The notes under the pieces were generated by a model, which was given only the letters and a program-made list of their open reading frames with translations, was not told where the DNA came from and ran no database searches. Shown piece after piece: positions 31,063-40,990 of a stretch of 64,000 bases of DNA (the stretch's first letter is position 1; each line of letters opens with the position of its first letter). The position numbers and the translations under genes are program-made. This DNA is from Rickettsiales bacterium (lineage in GTDB: Bacteria > Pseudomonadota > Alphaproteobacteria > Rickettsiales > UBA6187): NCBI GenBank assembly GCA_040507985.1, contig JBEVNR010000001.1, positions 16,098 to 80,097 on the forward strand, given 5' to 3'.

Positions 31063-31241
31063 AAATACGCGCTCGCTGCCGTTGGTGATGGCTTTATGTC
31101 GTAATATGCGGCAAAGGAAAACGGAAGGGGGAGGAAAAAGAAATTTCGGCTATGTTAAACTTATGCGCGATCGGGTATAATCAACTTTCCGAGGCGTAAT
31201 GCAAAAAAGCGCCGCACAACCCGACAGGCGCACCCATACAT

Positions 31242-33086
31242 ATGCCCAAAGACGCAAAAACCGCAGCGATGGAACGCACGACGCTAATTCGGCGATACAT
31301 GAAGGAGCGCAACCTCGACGCCTTCATTCTGCCGTCGCACGACGAATATCGCAGCGAAATGCCGCCGAAGGGCAATTGCCGCCTTGCCGCGCTCACGGGC
31401 TTTACGGGATCGTTCGGCGTCGCGATTGTCACGCAAGACGCCGCTTTTCTCGTCACCGACGGACGCTATCGCCTTCAGGCGCGGGAAGAGCTTCCGATGG
31501 ACATATACGTTCCGGTGGACGTATCGACGAAACGCCCGACGCAATTGCTCGCCGAACGGCTTCCCGCCGGAGCGTTCGCGGGATTTGACCCGGAGTTGAC
31601 GTCAAAATCGGAAATGGACGCCTATCGGGCGGCGGCGCCGTCGGTGCAATTCGTGCCGGTTTCCCCCAATCCCGTCGACGACGTATGGGAGGATAGGCCG
31701 CCGGCAAGCGACGCCGAAATTTTCGCCTATCCGGAAAAATACGCCGGCGAAAGCGCGGGAACGCGGCTGGCCAAGCTCGCGCAAGCGCTCGAAAAATACG
31801 AGGCGGACTATGTGTTCGAGCCGTTCCCGGAGCATATATGCCGCCTGCTTAACGTGCGGGGCGGCGACGCGCCTTATACGCCGGTGGCGTTCGGACGGCT
31901 TTTGGTGGAGAAAACCGGCGTTGCGCATTGGTTCGTCGATATGTCGCGCGTGAATCGGGAATTGCGCGACGCCTTGCACGAGGCCGGCGTAAAAATTCGT
32001 CCGCTCGAAGAATGCGCGGCGGCGCTGGAGGCGATTCCCGAAAAGGCGCGCGTGCTGCTTGATCCGAGCTTAACGTCGATGAAGCATTACAATGCGCTTA
32101 AACACGCCGTCGTCGTGCCGTCGCCCTCTCCTTGCGCGATGATGCAGGCCGTCAAAACCGACGCCGAAATCGCCGCCATGAAAGAGGCGCACCGCATCGA
32201 CGGGCTGGCCATGACGCGCTTTTTGCATTGGCTGGAAAAAAGCCGCAAGGCCAAGGAAGAGCTACGCGAGACGGACGTCGTTTCTGCCTTAACCCGCTTT
32301 CGCGCGATGAGCGACGAATATCGCGGCGACAGTTTCGCCGCCATCGTCGGCGCGGACGCCAACGGCGCCGTCATCCATTACCGCCCCTCTCCCAAAACCG
32401 CCGCGACCATTCGCGACGGCTCCATGGTGCTTATCGACTCCGGCGGACAATATCTGCAAGGCACGACCGACGTGACGCGCACCGTATGCCTGTTCGAGCC
32501 GACGCCGGAGCAAAAGCGCCGGTTTACCCTCGTCTTGCGGGGGCATATGGCTCTCGCCCGGGCGGATTTCCCCGAGAACACCGCCGGGGAAATGCTCGAC
32601 GCGCTGGCGCGGCAATATCTATGGCGCGAGGGAAGGGACTACGCCCACGGCACCGGCCACGGCGTGGGGTGTTTCCTCGGCGTGCACGAAGGTCCGCAAC
32701 GGATTGGCAAGGGATTAAGCGGCGTCGGCCTACGCCCGAACATGGTGCTCTCGAACGAACCCGGCTATTACCGGGACGGCGCCTACGGCATTCGCATCGA
32801 AAGCCTCATCGTCGTCGAGCGCTCGCCTTCCTTATCGGACGAAGCGCAATATTGTCGCTTCCGCACCATCACGCTCGTTCCGATCGACGCGCGCGCCATC
32901 GATTTTTCGCTGCTGAACGTGGGCGAAAAAAACTGGCTGCGCGACTATCACGACCGCATTCTGGCGGCACACGGCGAATTCCTTTCCCAAGACGAGCGCG
33001 CCTGGCTGGAAGATCTATGCGCCGTCTACGCAAGCGAAGCCGCGACCATGCGCGAGCGAAGCGTCCACCATCCGGCGAATTTTTAG
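31242..33086 (+). CDS. pepP: Xaa-Pro aminopeptidase (M24B family)
   Basis: 614 aa with metal-ligand motifs HGTGHGVG and SNEPGYY, and creatinase-like N-terminal domains. Confidence 0.9.
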   Translation: MPKDAKTAAMERTTLIRRYMKERNLDAFILPSHDEYRSEMPPKGNCRLAALTGFTGSFGVAIVTQDAAFLVTDGRYRLQAREELPMDIYVPVDVSTKRPTQLLAERLPAGAFAGFDPELTSKSEMDAYRAAAPSVQFVPVSPNPVDDVWEDRPPASDAEIFAYPEKYAGESAGTRLAKLAQALEKYEADYVFEPFPEHICRLLNVRGGDAPYTPVAFGRLLVEKTGVAHWFVDMSRVNRELRDALHEAGVKIRPLEECAAALEAIPEKARVLLDPSLTSMKHYNALKHAVVVPSPSPCAMMQAVKTDAEIAAMKEAHRIDGLAMTRFLHWLEKSRKAKEELRETDVVSALTRFRAMSDEYRGDSFAAIVGADANGAVIHYRPSPKTAATIRDGSMVLIDSGGQYLQGTTDVTRTVCLFEPTPEQKRRFTLVLRGHMALARADFPENTAGEMLDALARQYLWREGRDYAHGTGHGVGCFLGVHEGPQRIGKGLSGVGLRPNMVLSNEPGYYRDGAYGIRIESLIVVERSPSLSDEAQYCRFRTITLVPIDARAIDFSLLNVGEKNWLRDYHDRILAAHGEFLSQDERAWLEDLCAVYASEAATMRERSVHHPANF

Positions 33087-33456
33087 AGTACATCCCTTTA
33101 TTACGTATCGCGCACGCCAATCGACGTTAAGTTCGCCTCACCTATCCCGCCGAAGCCTTACCGATGGATTCCAACGTCGGAACGTCGGGCTGCCCCACGG
33201 ATTTCGTCTCTACGATTACCGCGCAAGCCGAAAACGGGTATATCGACGCGAAGGGGTATAATATTTCCGACGATGAATTTACACCCCTCCTTTTCCTTAT
33301 CAAACGATATTCCGTTACCCGCTTTTTCGCAGTCGCGCTTCTGTGGAAGTATGCAAAATGTGTCGGGCGGGAAATTTTTTTCCGGAAGTTTTTATTTTCC
33401 GCGCGCCTCGAAAGCGGTTATACTGCGCGTTTAAAGAAAAATGGGCGAAAGATGCG

Positions 33457-35232
33457 ATGGAAGAAACGGCGCAACGCATGACGGCGGAGGGAGCGGGCGC
33501 GATAGCGCACGCCGATCCCGCCTATCTGCCGCAAATATTGTGGCTGTTATTGGCGGCTACCGTCGTCGTGGCCGTGTTCAGTCGCATGCGCTTAAGCCCG
33601 GTGCTCGGATATTTATGCGCCGGCGCCCTTATCGGCGTCCATGGCTTGGGGCTGGTGTCGCACGACGATTTCGAGGTGATCGCCGAATTCGGCGTCGTGT
33701 TCCTATTGTTTATGATAGGGCTGGAACTGACGCTTGAGCGCCTGGTCGAAATGCGCCGCTATTTGTTCGGCGTGGGGACGCTGCAACTTGTCGCCACTTC
33801 CGCCGCGATTGCCGCCTTATGTTACGGCGTGGCAGGATTCGACGCCATGCAATCGCTGATCGTCGGATCGGCCCTGTCGCTGTCTTCCACCGCCGTGGTG
33901 CTGCGCGTCATCGCCGACGCGCAAATGCAGGGCGCCCAAACGGGTCGGGTGTCGATCGCGATATTAATCCTGCAAGATTTGGCCGTGGTGCCGTTACTCG
34001 TGCTGTTGCCGAAGCTTGGCGGCGACATGTCCGGCGTCGGCGCGATGATAGGCCGCACGCTGGTCGAGGCGGCGCTGGGCGTGGCGGCCATCTTCCTGAT
34101 CGGGCGCATGATCATGCGTCCGCTCTTCAACCGCATCGCCGATAATAACGAATTGTTCGTCACCGCGATTCTGTTGGTCATTTTAGGAAGCTCGTTCATC
34201 GCCGTTTACGCCAATTTGTCGCTCGCCATGGGGGCGTTCGTCGCGGGCATATTGATCGCCGGCACCCGCCACCAATATCAGGTGTCCGATTTCGTGCGTC
34301 CGTTTAAGGACGTGTTGATGGGATTGTTTTTCATGACCGTCGGCATGTCGGTCAACGTGGGGTTGCTGAAGGACCATATCGCCACGGTTGCCGTGCTCAC
34401 CGTTTCCCTTATCGCGGTAAAAACCCTCATTCTGGCGGCGGTGTGCCGTCTTTTCCGCATGCCGTGGGAGTCTTCCGTCAAAACGGCCCTGCTGTTGTCG
34501 CAAGGCGGCGAGTTCGCCTTTATTTTGTTCCGCATGGCCACGCAACCGGACATCGGATTGCTGCGCGAGGGAGACGCGCAAATGCTGTTTTTCGTCGTCA
34601 CCATTTCCATGGCGCTGACGCCCTTGTTGCCGGCGCTGGAAAAATTCGTCGCCAAACGACTGAATTTACGCAAGAACGCCTCCGTCGAAGCGTCCGGCGG
34701 CAAGCAAGAGCTGACCGACCTTAACCGGCATGTCGTCATCGTCGGCTTTGGCCGTTCCGGGCAAATGACCGCGAACGTGCTGAAGAAGCAAAAAATTCCC
34801 TTCGTTGCGCTCGACAACAACGCAGTGCACGTGCGCACGATGCGCGAGGCGGGAAAGGAAGTCTATATGGGAAGCTGCCAGGACCCGGAAACGCTGCATC
34901 GGCTCGGCATAGAGCGCGCCCGCGCCTTGGTGGTGAGCGTCACGAACGACGCCAGGGCGGAAAAACTCGTGCGCAACATTCGCTCCGCCTACCCGTCCCT
35001 GCCCATCGTGGCGCGCGCCTCGGACATTACCCACGGCAAGCTGCTGGCGGATTGCGGAGCCGACGCCATCGTGGCCGAAAAATGCGAGGCGGGGCTGCAA
35101 CTGGGCGCCGTTTTGCTGCGCGGGGCCGGCATGACCGACGCGGAAGTCTCGGCGATAAAAAAATGTTTCAGGGACGAAGGGTACGACGTTCCCGGAAGCC
35201 GCTGCCCCACCGCCATCGCGTCGCAGGAATAG
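33457..35232 (+). CDS. CPA2-family monovalent cation:proton antiporter with C-terminal RCK/TrkA-N domain (KefB/KefC-like)
   Basis: Polytopic Na_H-exchanger-like membrane domain followed by the Rossmann motif VVIVGFGRSGQ. I prefer the ATG at 33457 (MEETAQ) over the track start at 33343. Confidence 0.88.
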   Translation: MEETAQRMTAEGAGAIAHADPAYLPQILWLLLAATVVVAVFSRMRLSPVLGYLCAGALIGVHGLGLVSHDDFEVIAEFGVVFLLFMIGLELTLERLVEMRRYLFGVGTLQLVATSAAIAALCYGVAGFDAMQSLIVGSALSLSSTAVVLRVIADAQMQGAQTGRVSIAILILQDLAVVPLLVLLPKLGGDMSGVGAMIGRTLVEAALGVAAIFLIGRMIMRPLFNRIADNNELFVTAILLVILGSSFIAVYANLSLAMGAFVAGILIAGTRHQYQVSDFVRPFKDVLMGLFFMTVGMSVNVGLLKDHIATVAVLTVSLIAVKTLILAAVCRLFRMPWESSVKTALLLSQGGEFAFILFRMATQPDIGLLREGDAQMLFFVVTISMALTPLLPALEKFVAKRLNLRKNASVEASGGKQELTDLNRHVVIVGFGRSGQMTANVLKKQKIPFVALDNNAVHVRTMREAGKEVYMGSCQDPETLHRLGIERARALVVSVTNDARAEKLVRNIRSAYPSLPIVARASDITHGKLLADCGADAIVAEKCEAGLQLGAVLLRGAGMTDAEVSAIKKCFRDEGYDVPGSRCPTAIASQE

Positions 35233-35338
35233 CCTGGCTTTGGCGCCGACGATTAAACGGCGGAGGAACGGCGCGATAATATAAAAATATTTTTCTTTTT
35301 TAAAAAGAGAAGAAGCCACATACGGAAGACAAAGCCTC

Positions 35339-35770
35339 TCATGATTCGTTGGGAAACATGTGGTTCAATTGTGCCATTATACAAGATAAATAGTAGAGTA
35401 TACAACTCTGGAGTACACGAATGTCATAGGAAACTTGTTCTATATTAGCCACAGCGTCGTCCACTAATATTCGATCGGCTGCGGCAATCATTGCGTTTTG
35501 ATCTGCGACGCTAAAGAATTCCCATCCTGCGGGAAGAAAAATTGTTTCGTTCCCGGCAAATACTCGCATATCTACAGCCTCGATAATGCCTCCGTCCTCT
35601 TGCATTTCAAATGCGTAAATGATGACGTCTTGCGAAAGATTGAAGTTTATACTCTTCGGAAGAGGATTGTGGTTTGGATCCTGCGGAAGAGGTGAGTCAA
35701 GCTTCTGGCCGTATCCTTTTTCTCCGCAAGCGACATACCGGCTATCTGCCAGAGTGGTGCCTTCGGACAT
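35339..35770 (-). CDS. hypothetical orphan protein
   Basis: 143-aa ORF in an AT-richer stretch immediately downstream of, and co-directional with, the SNF2/SWIM helicase gene. No motif recognised. Confidence 0.35.
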   Translation of the reverse strand: MSEGTTLADSRYVACGEKGYGQKLDSPLPQDPNHNPLPKSINFNLSQDVIIYAFEMQEDGGIIEAVDMRVFAGNETIFLPAGWEFFSVADQNAMIAAADRILVDDAVANIEQVSYDIRVLQSCILYYLSCIMAQLNHMFPNES

Positions 35771-35934
35771 TGCGGAAGTCAGACAAATTGGTACGTTGAT
35801 TTGTAATAGCTAAAGGTGTGTATGCATTTTATTTTAAAAGAAAAAACAAATTTTTCAATTTTTTTATGATTATTACTAAGGCAAAGAGGTTAATCGTGAC
35901 TTCGGCTTTTTTCACGCTTCATAATCCTTACGGC

Positions 35935-38900
35935 CTACGCCGCCGAAAACAAGGCCGCCACTTCGTCGCCGGTGATTTTCGCTCCGGCGTTGGCGGTCGG
36001 GTCGAAAATGCCGTCGGCAAGTTCGCGTTTTTTCTCTTGCATCTCCAGAATTTTTTCTTCGACGGTTCCTTCGGTGATAAGCTTATAGACGAACACCGGC
36101 TTTTCCTGGCCAATGCGGTGGGCGCGGTCGGTGGCCTGGTTTTCCGCCGCCGGATTCCACCATGGGTCGTAATGAATGACGGTATCGGCGGCGGTCAGGT
36201 TCAGTCCTACCCCGCCGGCCTTTAGGCTGATGAGGAACAGCGGAACGTCGCCGTTTTGAAAGCGCTCTATCGGGGTTGCCCGGTCTTTCGTCTGCCCGGT
36301 CAACTTGACGTAGTCGATTTTTTCCTTCGCCAATTCGCCTTCGATCAGTTTGAGCATGCCGGTGAATTGCGAAAAGAGCAGAATTTTCCGCCCGTCTTCG
36401 ATTAATCCCGGAAGCATTTCCATGAGCATGTCGAGCTTGGCCGACTCGGTGAGTTTTTTCGCCCCCTCCATGGGAAGCAGGCGGGGATCGCAACAGGTTT
36501 GGCGCAATTTCAGCAACGCCTCCAGCACCACGATATGGCTGCGGGCCAATCCTTTTTTGGCGATTTCGTCGCGCACCTTTTCGCTCATGCTCACGCGAAT
36601 GGTTTCATACAGGTCGCGCTGCGCCTTGTCGAGCGTCGCGGTGCGAATCATTTCCGTTTTCGGGGGAAGTTCCGCCGCCACCTGCTCTTTCGTGCGACGC
36701 AGGACGAACGGGGCGATGCGGCGCGCGAGTGCCTTATTGCGGTCGAAATTTCCGTCCTTCTCAATGGCCTTCCGATAAAATTTGTTAAATTCGCGGTCGC
36801 TACCGAGGTAATCCGGCATCAGGAAGTTAAACAGCGCCCATAATTCGCCCAAATGGTTTTCGACGGGCGTACCGGTCATGCAAATGCGATGGTCGGCCTT
36901 CATCATGGAGGCGATTTTGTTGAATTTCGACTTGGGGTTTTTAATGTAATGCGCTTCGTCCAGAATCACGGAATGGTACGCGTGCGCGAGCAACGCGTCC
37001 TTATCGCGCGGCAATAGCGGATAGGTGGTCAGCACCATGTCATACTGCGGAATGTTGTCGAAATCTTCCTTGCGCGAGGCTCCGTGCTGCACCAGCACCT
37101 TTATGTCCGGCACGAAACGCGCCGCCTCTTTCGCCCAGTTGCCCATCAGGCTGGTGGGAGCGACGACGAGCGCGGGCTTGGTAAGGCGCCCGTTTTCTTT
37201 TTCGCAGGCGATATGCGCCAGCACTTGAACGGTTTTGCCCAGCCCCATATCGTCGGCGAGCACGCCGGCCAAACCGAATTCGCGCAAAAACTGCAACCAG
37301 CTTAATCCTTCCCGCTGATAGTCGCGTAAATTCGCGCGCAGCGACGTCGGCGGGGGCGTCGGTTGGACGGCGTTGAAGCTTTTCAGTTTTTTCGCCAATT
37401 CGATCAGCTTATTCCCGCCGAAACGCCGCAACTTAAGGGCGGCGCTTAATTCTTCCAGCTCCAACATGTCGAGCGCGTCGTTGCGCGACAGTTTAATGGC
37501 GTCGAAATCGGCGCCTTCCCTAAAACTGTACAGGTCCTTGATGAATTTTAGCATCAATCCCACGCGATCGGCGGGAAGCGAGATGATTTTCCCGTCTTCC
37601 ATGGGAATAAGTAAATCTTCGCCCCTCGCTTTTTTAATGTGCTCTTCGGAATAATTCGACATTTCGGGAAAAATTTTCAGCGCGCGCAACAAAATGGGCA
37701 CTAAATTTATTTTTTCGCCGCCTAACGTTACGCCCAAATTAAAGCCGAACCAGTCCGTTCCGGACGAATCGTCGATATCGGCGTACCATTCCTCGTCGGG
37801 TTTAACGATATTGAACGGGAAATCCGGCTCAACGTCGATTTTCCACCCTTTGTCGCGTAAGGCCGGCACGACGTCCGTCATAAAGTCGCACCATGCCTCG
37901 AAACTTTCCTCGGTGTTTATCTCGCCCGGCGCGCCGACGATGATAAACGGATCGCCTTGCGTTTTTGGGAGGGAGTACATTTTTTGCTCGGGAAGAAGCC
38001 GTCCGAGATGGTTCTTTTTCAGTATGTCTATAAGGCGATATTCTTCTTTTTTATTGCGCATTATGTCGTAAAGGCGACCGCCCTCCGCTTTCGTCGCCGT
38101 GTCGCCTTGCGCGGCGAAATGGGTGATCGCCCCCTCGTAAGAAAAAGTCAGGTCGCCGCCGGCGGTCGTGACGTTCGGCCTCCCCCATAATTTCGACTCT
38201 AGCGTGAATGAGGTAAGGCGCAATTGCGGCGTCGGCTTCACTTGCTTCGCGACAAGTTGTTGCTCGAATTTTTCGGGCATAGGCAGAGCGGAAGAAGCGG
38301 CGTCTCCCGACCCTTGCGCAAACGCCTTGCCAAGCCGTTCGCGCACCTTGGCGACGGCGTCCGAGGCGACGGGCGGCGCGCTAAGCAAGTTTTTTAGCGT
38401 ACTCCCCGTAAACGGCGTATGAATTACGCCGATGCGGTGCGCGCTCGGGTCGTAATAATAGAGGGCGTTGCCAACGAAACAGGATGTCGCGCGGGGCAGA
38501 TCGGGGGTGCGAATTTCCAATCGCTGCGTTCCTCCCGTTTCGACGCGCCAAGCGAACTCGCCCTTCGTTTCGGGGCCGAGGGAAAGCGCCGGCCCGTCCG
38601 GCTCGCTTCCCCAACGGGAACGCCCCGTGGCAAGAATGCGATCGAGCAGCGAAGCGTCGCCGGCGTCGTTCAGCTCCGTCGGGTCGGCCACGTATCGATA
38701 ACCCGAGTAATCATGATAATAGAGGCTGCGCATGATGCTTTGGTCTTCGTCGGTGACGAATTTCGGCAACGCGCCCCCGCGCACGGCGCTTTCGGGAACG
38801 TAGCCGCGCACTTGGCCGTAACCGCCGCTTTTGAGCATGGCGGCGGAGCAGGTTTCGACGGTTAGGTAATTTTTATCCGAAACGCTAAGGAGATAAAATA

Positions 38901-39264
38901 TCGCTTTATTTACCGTGGCTTTTTTTTCGGCCTTCGGCTCGTCGAACTGCGCCAGCCATTTTTCGAGTTCCGCGTCAAGACGCGCGTCCTCGTCCGCTTT
39001 TTTAGAGGCGTTATTGACGTAATGATATAGCGCCGCCACGACGTGCTTGCAGTCTCCTCCCAACGGACAGGAGCAAAATCCCGTGATTTTTTTTCCGTTG
39101 AGGATAATTTTTTGCGTATATACTTCGCTCCCCCGCACTTTCCCTACGATGGAGCCGTCTTGCTGCGTCGTAATTTCCGCGACGCGGCCCTGATAATAAT
39201 AGTTTTTTCCGCGTTGGGCGGCGGCTGACGAAAATTGGCGGGATATGTCGGTAACGTCTATCAT
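35935..39264 (-). CDS. SNF2-family helicase with N-terminal SWIM zinc finger
   Basis: 1109 aa. SWIM motif CSCPLGGDCKH. SNF2 motifs DDMGLGKT, ILDEAHYIKN, LLFSQFT and GGVGLNLTAADTVIHYDPWWNPAAENQATDRAHRIGQ. Confidence 0.93.
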   Translation of the reverse strand: MIDVTDISRQFSSAAAQRGKNYYYQGRVAEITTQQDGSIVGKVRGSEVYTQKIILNGKKITGFCSCPLGGDCKHVVAALYHYVNNASKKADEDARLDAELEKWLAQFDEPKAEKKATVNKAIFYLLSVSDKNYLTVETCSAAMLKSGGYGQVRGYVPESAVRGGALPKFVTDEDQSIMRSLYYHDYSGYRYVADPTELNDAGDASLLDRILATGRSRWGSEPDGPALSLGPETKGEFAWRVETGGTQRLEIRTPDLPRATSCFVGNALYYYDPSAHRIGVIHTPFTGSTLKNLLSAPPVASDAVAKVRERLGKAFAQGSGDAASSALPMPEKFEQQLVAKQVKPTPQLRLTSFTLESKLWGRPNVTTAGGDLTFSYEGAITHFAAQGDTATKAEGGRLYDIMRNKKEEYRLIDILKKNHLGRLLPEQKMYSLPKTQGDPFIIVGAPGEINTEESFEAWCDFMTDVVPALRDKGWKIDVEPDFPFNIVKPDEEWYADIDDSSGTDWFGFNLGVTLGGEKINLVPILLRALKIFPEMSNYSEEHIKKARGEDLLIPMEDGKIISLPADRVGLMLKFIKDLYSFREGADFDAIKLSRNDALDMLELEELSAALKLRRFGGNKLIELAKKLKSFNAVQPTPPPTSLRANLRDYQREGLSWLQFLREFGLAGVLADDMGLGKTVQVLAHIACEKENGRLTKPALVVAPTSLMGNWAKEAARFVPDIKVLVQHGASRKEDFDNIPQYDMVLTTYPLLPRDKDALLAHAYHSVILDEAHYIKNPKSKFNKIASMMKADHRICMTGTPVENHLGELWALFNFLMPDYLGSDREFNKFYRKAIEKDGNFDRNKALARRIAPFVLRRTKEQVAAELPPKTEMIRTATLDKAQRDLYETIRVSMSEKVRDEIAKKGLARSHIVVLEALLKLRQTCCDPRLLPMEGAKKLTESAKLDMLMEMLPGLIEDGRKILLFSQFTGMLKLIEGELAKEKIDYVKLTGQTKDRATPIERFQNGDVPLFLISLKAGGVGLNLTAADTVIHYDPWWNPAAENQATDRAHRIGQEKPVFVYKLITEGTVEEKILEMQEKKRELADGIFDPTANAGAKITGDEVAALFSAA

Positions 39265-39370
39265 TATGTCGCTTTAAATACGTGAAGGGAACGCCATTGG
39301 CCGACAATGTATAGGATACGATATTCGCATGGCGATAAAAAAATGAGGGAAACGTCGATTTTTTATAAAA

Positions 39371-39427
39371 AATTCATGTTTTTGCGGTATACGTAACGGG
39401 CGCGTTATGGTATGCGCAGCGTTATGG
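39371..39427 (+). promoter_or_regulatory. candidate cis-regulatory region upstream of virB8 (AATTCATGTTTTTGC motif plus three CGT(A/T)A(C/T)GG direct repeats)
   Basis: AATTCATGTTTTTGC at 39371-39385 is identical to 23786-23800. CGTAACGG (39392), CGTTATGG (39403) and CGTTATGG (39420) follow, 30-65 nt before the virB8 ATG. Function is inferred only. Confidence 0.3.
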
Positions 39428-39457
39428 AAACGTCATTCCGTCATCTAAAAAAAACGC

Positions 39458-40201
39458 ATGGCCAGGGTAAGCGAACACGAAAAAAGCTATTTCTTAGACG
39501 TCGCGCGCCGCATTGAAGACGGGCGATATTTTAACGACGCGCGCGAATGGTATAAGTTTTCGACGCTGCTTCCCATCTGCGAACGTTCCTACGCGGCGCT
39601 TATCTTGGCCGCCGTATGCTTCGCCTTCGCCGTGACCATGATTAACGTCAACCTTATCGGCGAGACGATCATTCGCACGCCCTTCGCCGTCGGGGTGGAG
39701 CAAGGGTCCAACGTCGGCTATTACATGACGCGGCTTTCCGATGACTCCAAAGAAAATCCCCAATTGTCGGTGGCGAATTTCATGATAGGCTCCTTCGTCG
39801 AAACGAAGGAGGGGTATTCCCCAAAATTGATGACGCCGCAAGGGTACGCCTCGCGCTACCGCAAAATTAAGACGATGTCGTCGAAAAACATTTACAATCG
39901 CTACCGCGCGTACATGTCGCAGCTCAATCCTTCCAGTCCCTTAAGAAAATACGGCAACGACTTCACCCGCGACATAGAGGTGTATTCCATCGAATACAGC
40001 AATAATTACCTGTATAGCACGCACGCGAAAGTGCAGTTCCTCAGCAAGGAAATTCCGATCAAGGGAAAAGACCGAAAAATAAAAACGGACGAATGGGTGG
40101 CGGACTTGCATTTTCGCCTCTCCGACGTCGTGTCGATCGCGCGTTCCAGCGCGCCGATCAAGTTTCAGGTAACAAGCTATACGGTGCGCAAGAAAAAGTG
40201 A
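39458..40201 (+). CDS. virB8: type IV secretion system protein VirB8-like
   Basis: 247 aa with a bitopic layout: cytoplasmic N-terminus, one TM (YAALILAAVCFAFAVTMINV) and a ~170-aa periplasmic domain. The N-terminal YFNDAREWY segment resembles what I recall from Rickettsiales-type VirB8. It lies directly upstream of, and overlaps, virB9. Confidence 0.65.
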   Translation: MARVSEHEKSYFLDVARRIEDGRYFNDAREWYKFSTLLPICERSYAALILAAVCFAFAVTMINVNLIGETIIRTPFAVGVEQGSNVGYYMTRLSDDSKENPQLSVANFMIGSFVETKEGYSPKLMTPQGYASRYRKIKTMSSKNIYNRYRAYMSQLNPSSPLRKYGNDFTRDIEVYSIEYSNNYLYSTHAKVQFLSKEIPIKGKDRKIKTDEWVADLHFRLSDVVSIARSSAPIKFQVTSYTVRKKK

Positions 40202-40989
40202 CGAAATTACCTTACGTGTTGACGGCGCTGTGCGCGGCATTTTTTCTGGCGACGGCCTTTCCCGCCGCCGCGATGCAAGAATCTCGCCCCGTGGCCGGAG
40301 AGCCGCGCTTACGGGTGATTACCTATAACCCGAACGCAATTCACCATTATATCGGGCATTACGTCTATCAGGGCAGCATCTTATTTGGAAAGGACGAAAA
40401 AATTCTCACCGTCTCGCTGGGCAATCCGGCCGCATGGCAGGTGCTTCCAAAGGACAATCGCCTGTTTCTTAAGCCGATTGCGGTGTATCCCGAACATACC
40501 GTCACAAACATGATGGTCATTACCGAAAAGCGCACCTATTATTTTCAATTGGAAGGGCGCATCGCCGAAAACATCAACGACCCGCAACTGGCGTGGGAGA
40601 CGCGATTCGTCTACCCGGAAGGCGACTCGGCCGGCGATTCGCTGAGGCAATACGCTCCCCAAAGCGCGTCCGAGCCGGATTTAACCGACCTTAGCCGCTA
40701 TAACTTCAACTACACCATTTCCGGCAACGAATTTACGGCCCCGATTCGCGTGTTCGACGACGGAGAGTTCACCTATCTGGAATATCCCGACGTCAACGTG
40801 GACCTTCCCGCAATTTTTCTGGTGGATTCGCAAAACAAGGAGGCCATCGTCAATTTTCACGTCGCCGGAAAATACGTCGTTATCGAGCGCGTGGCGGGAC
40901 GCTTCACCCTGCGCCACGGCAACGACGTGACGTGCCTGTTTAACGAAAACTGGGCGTCGCCGAAATCCTTGCCCGCCGCCTTGCATTGA
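40198..40989 (+). CDS. virB9: type IV secretion system protein VirB9-like (CagX/TrbG family)
   Basis: Signal peptide (LTALCAAFFLATAFPAAA). N-domain: RVITYNPNAIHHYIGHYVYQGSILFGKDEKILTVSLGNPAAWQV...NRLFLKP...TNMMVITEKRTYYFQL. C-domain: PIRVFDDGEFTYLEYPD...LPAIFLVDSQNKEAIVNFHVAGKYVVIERV. I prefer the GTG at 40198, which overlaps the virB8 stop (GTGA). Confidence 0.85.
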   Translation: MTKLPYVLTALCAAFFLATAFPAAAMQESRPVAGEPRLRVITYNPNAIHHYIGHYVYQGSILFGKDEKILTVSLGNPAAWQVLPKDNRLFLKPIAVYPEHTVTNMMVITEKRTYYFQLEGRIAENINDPQLAWETRFVYPEGDSAGDSLRQYAPQSASEPDLTDLSRYNFNYTISGNEFTAPIRVFDDGEFTYLEYPDVNVDLPAIFLVDSQNKEAIVNFHVAGKYVVIERVAGRFTLRHGNDVTCLFNENWASPKSLPAALH

Positions 40990-40990
40990 T

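Noticed and set aside
33164-33481. 105-aa ORF upstream of the antiporter gene
   Set aside because: There is no ribosome-binding site or recognisable motif. It overlaps the spurious 5' extension of the antiporter ORF and is probably non-coding leader sequence.
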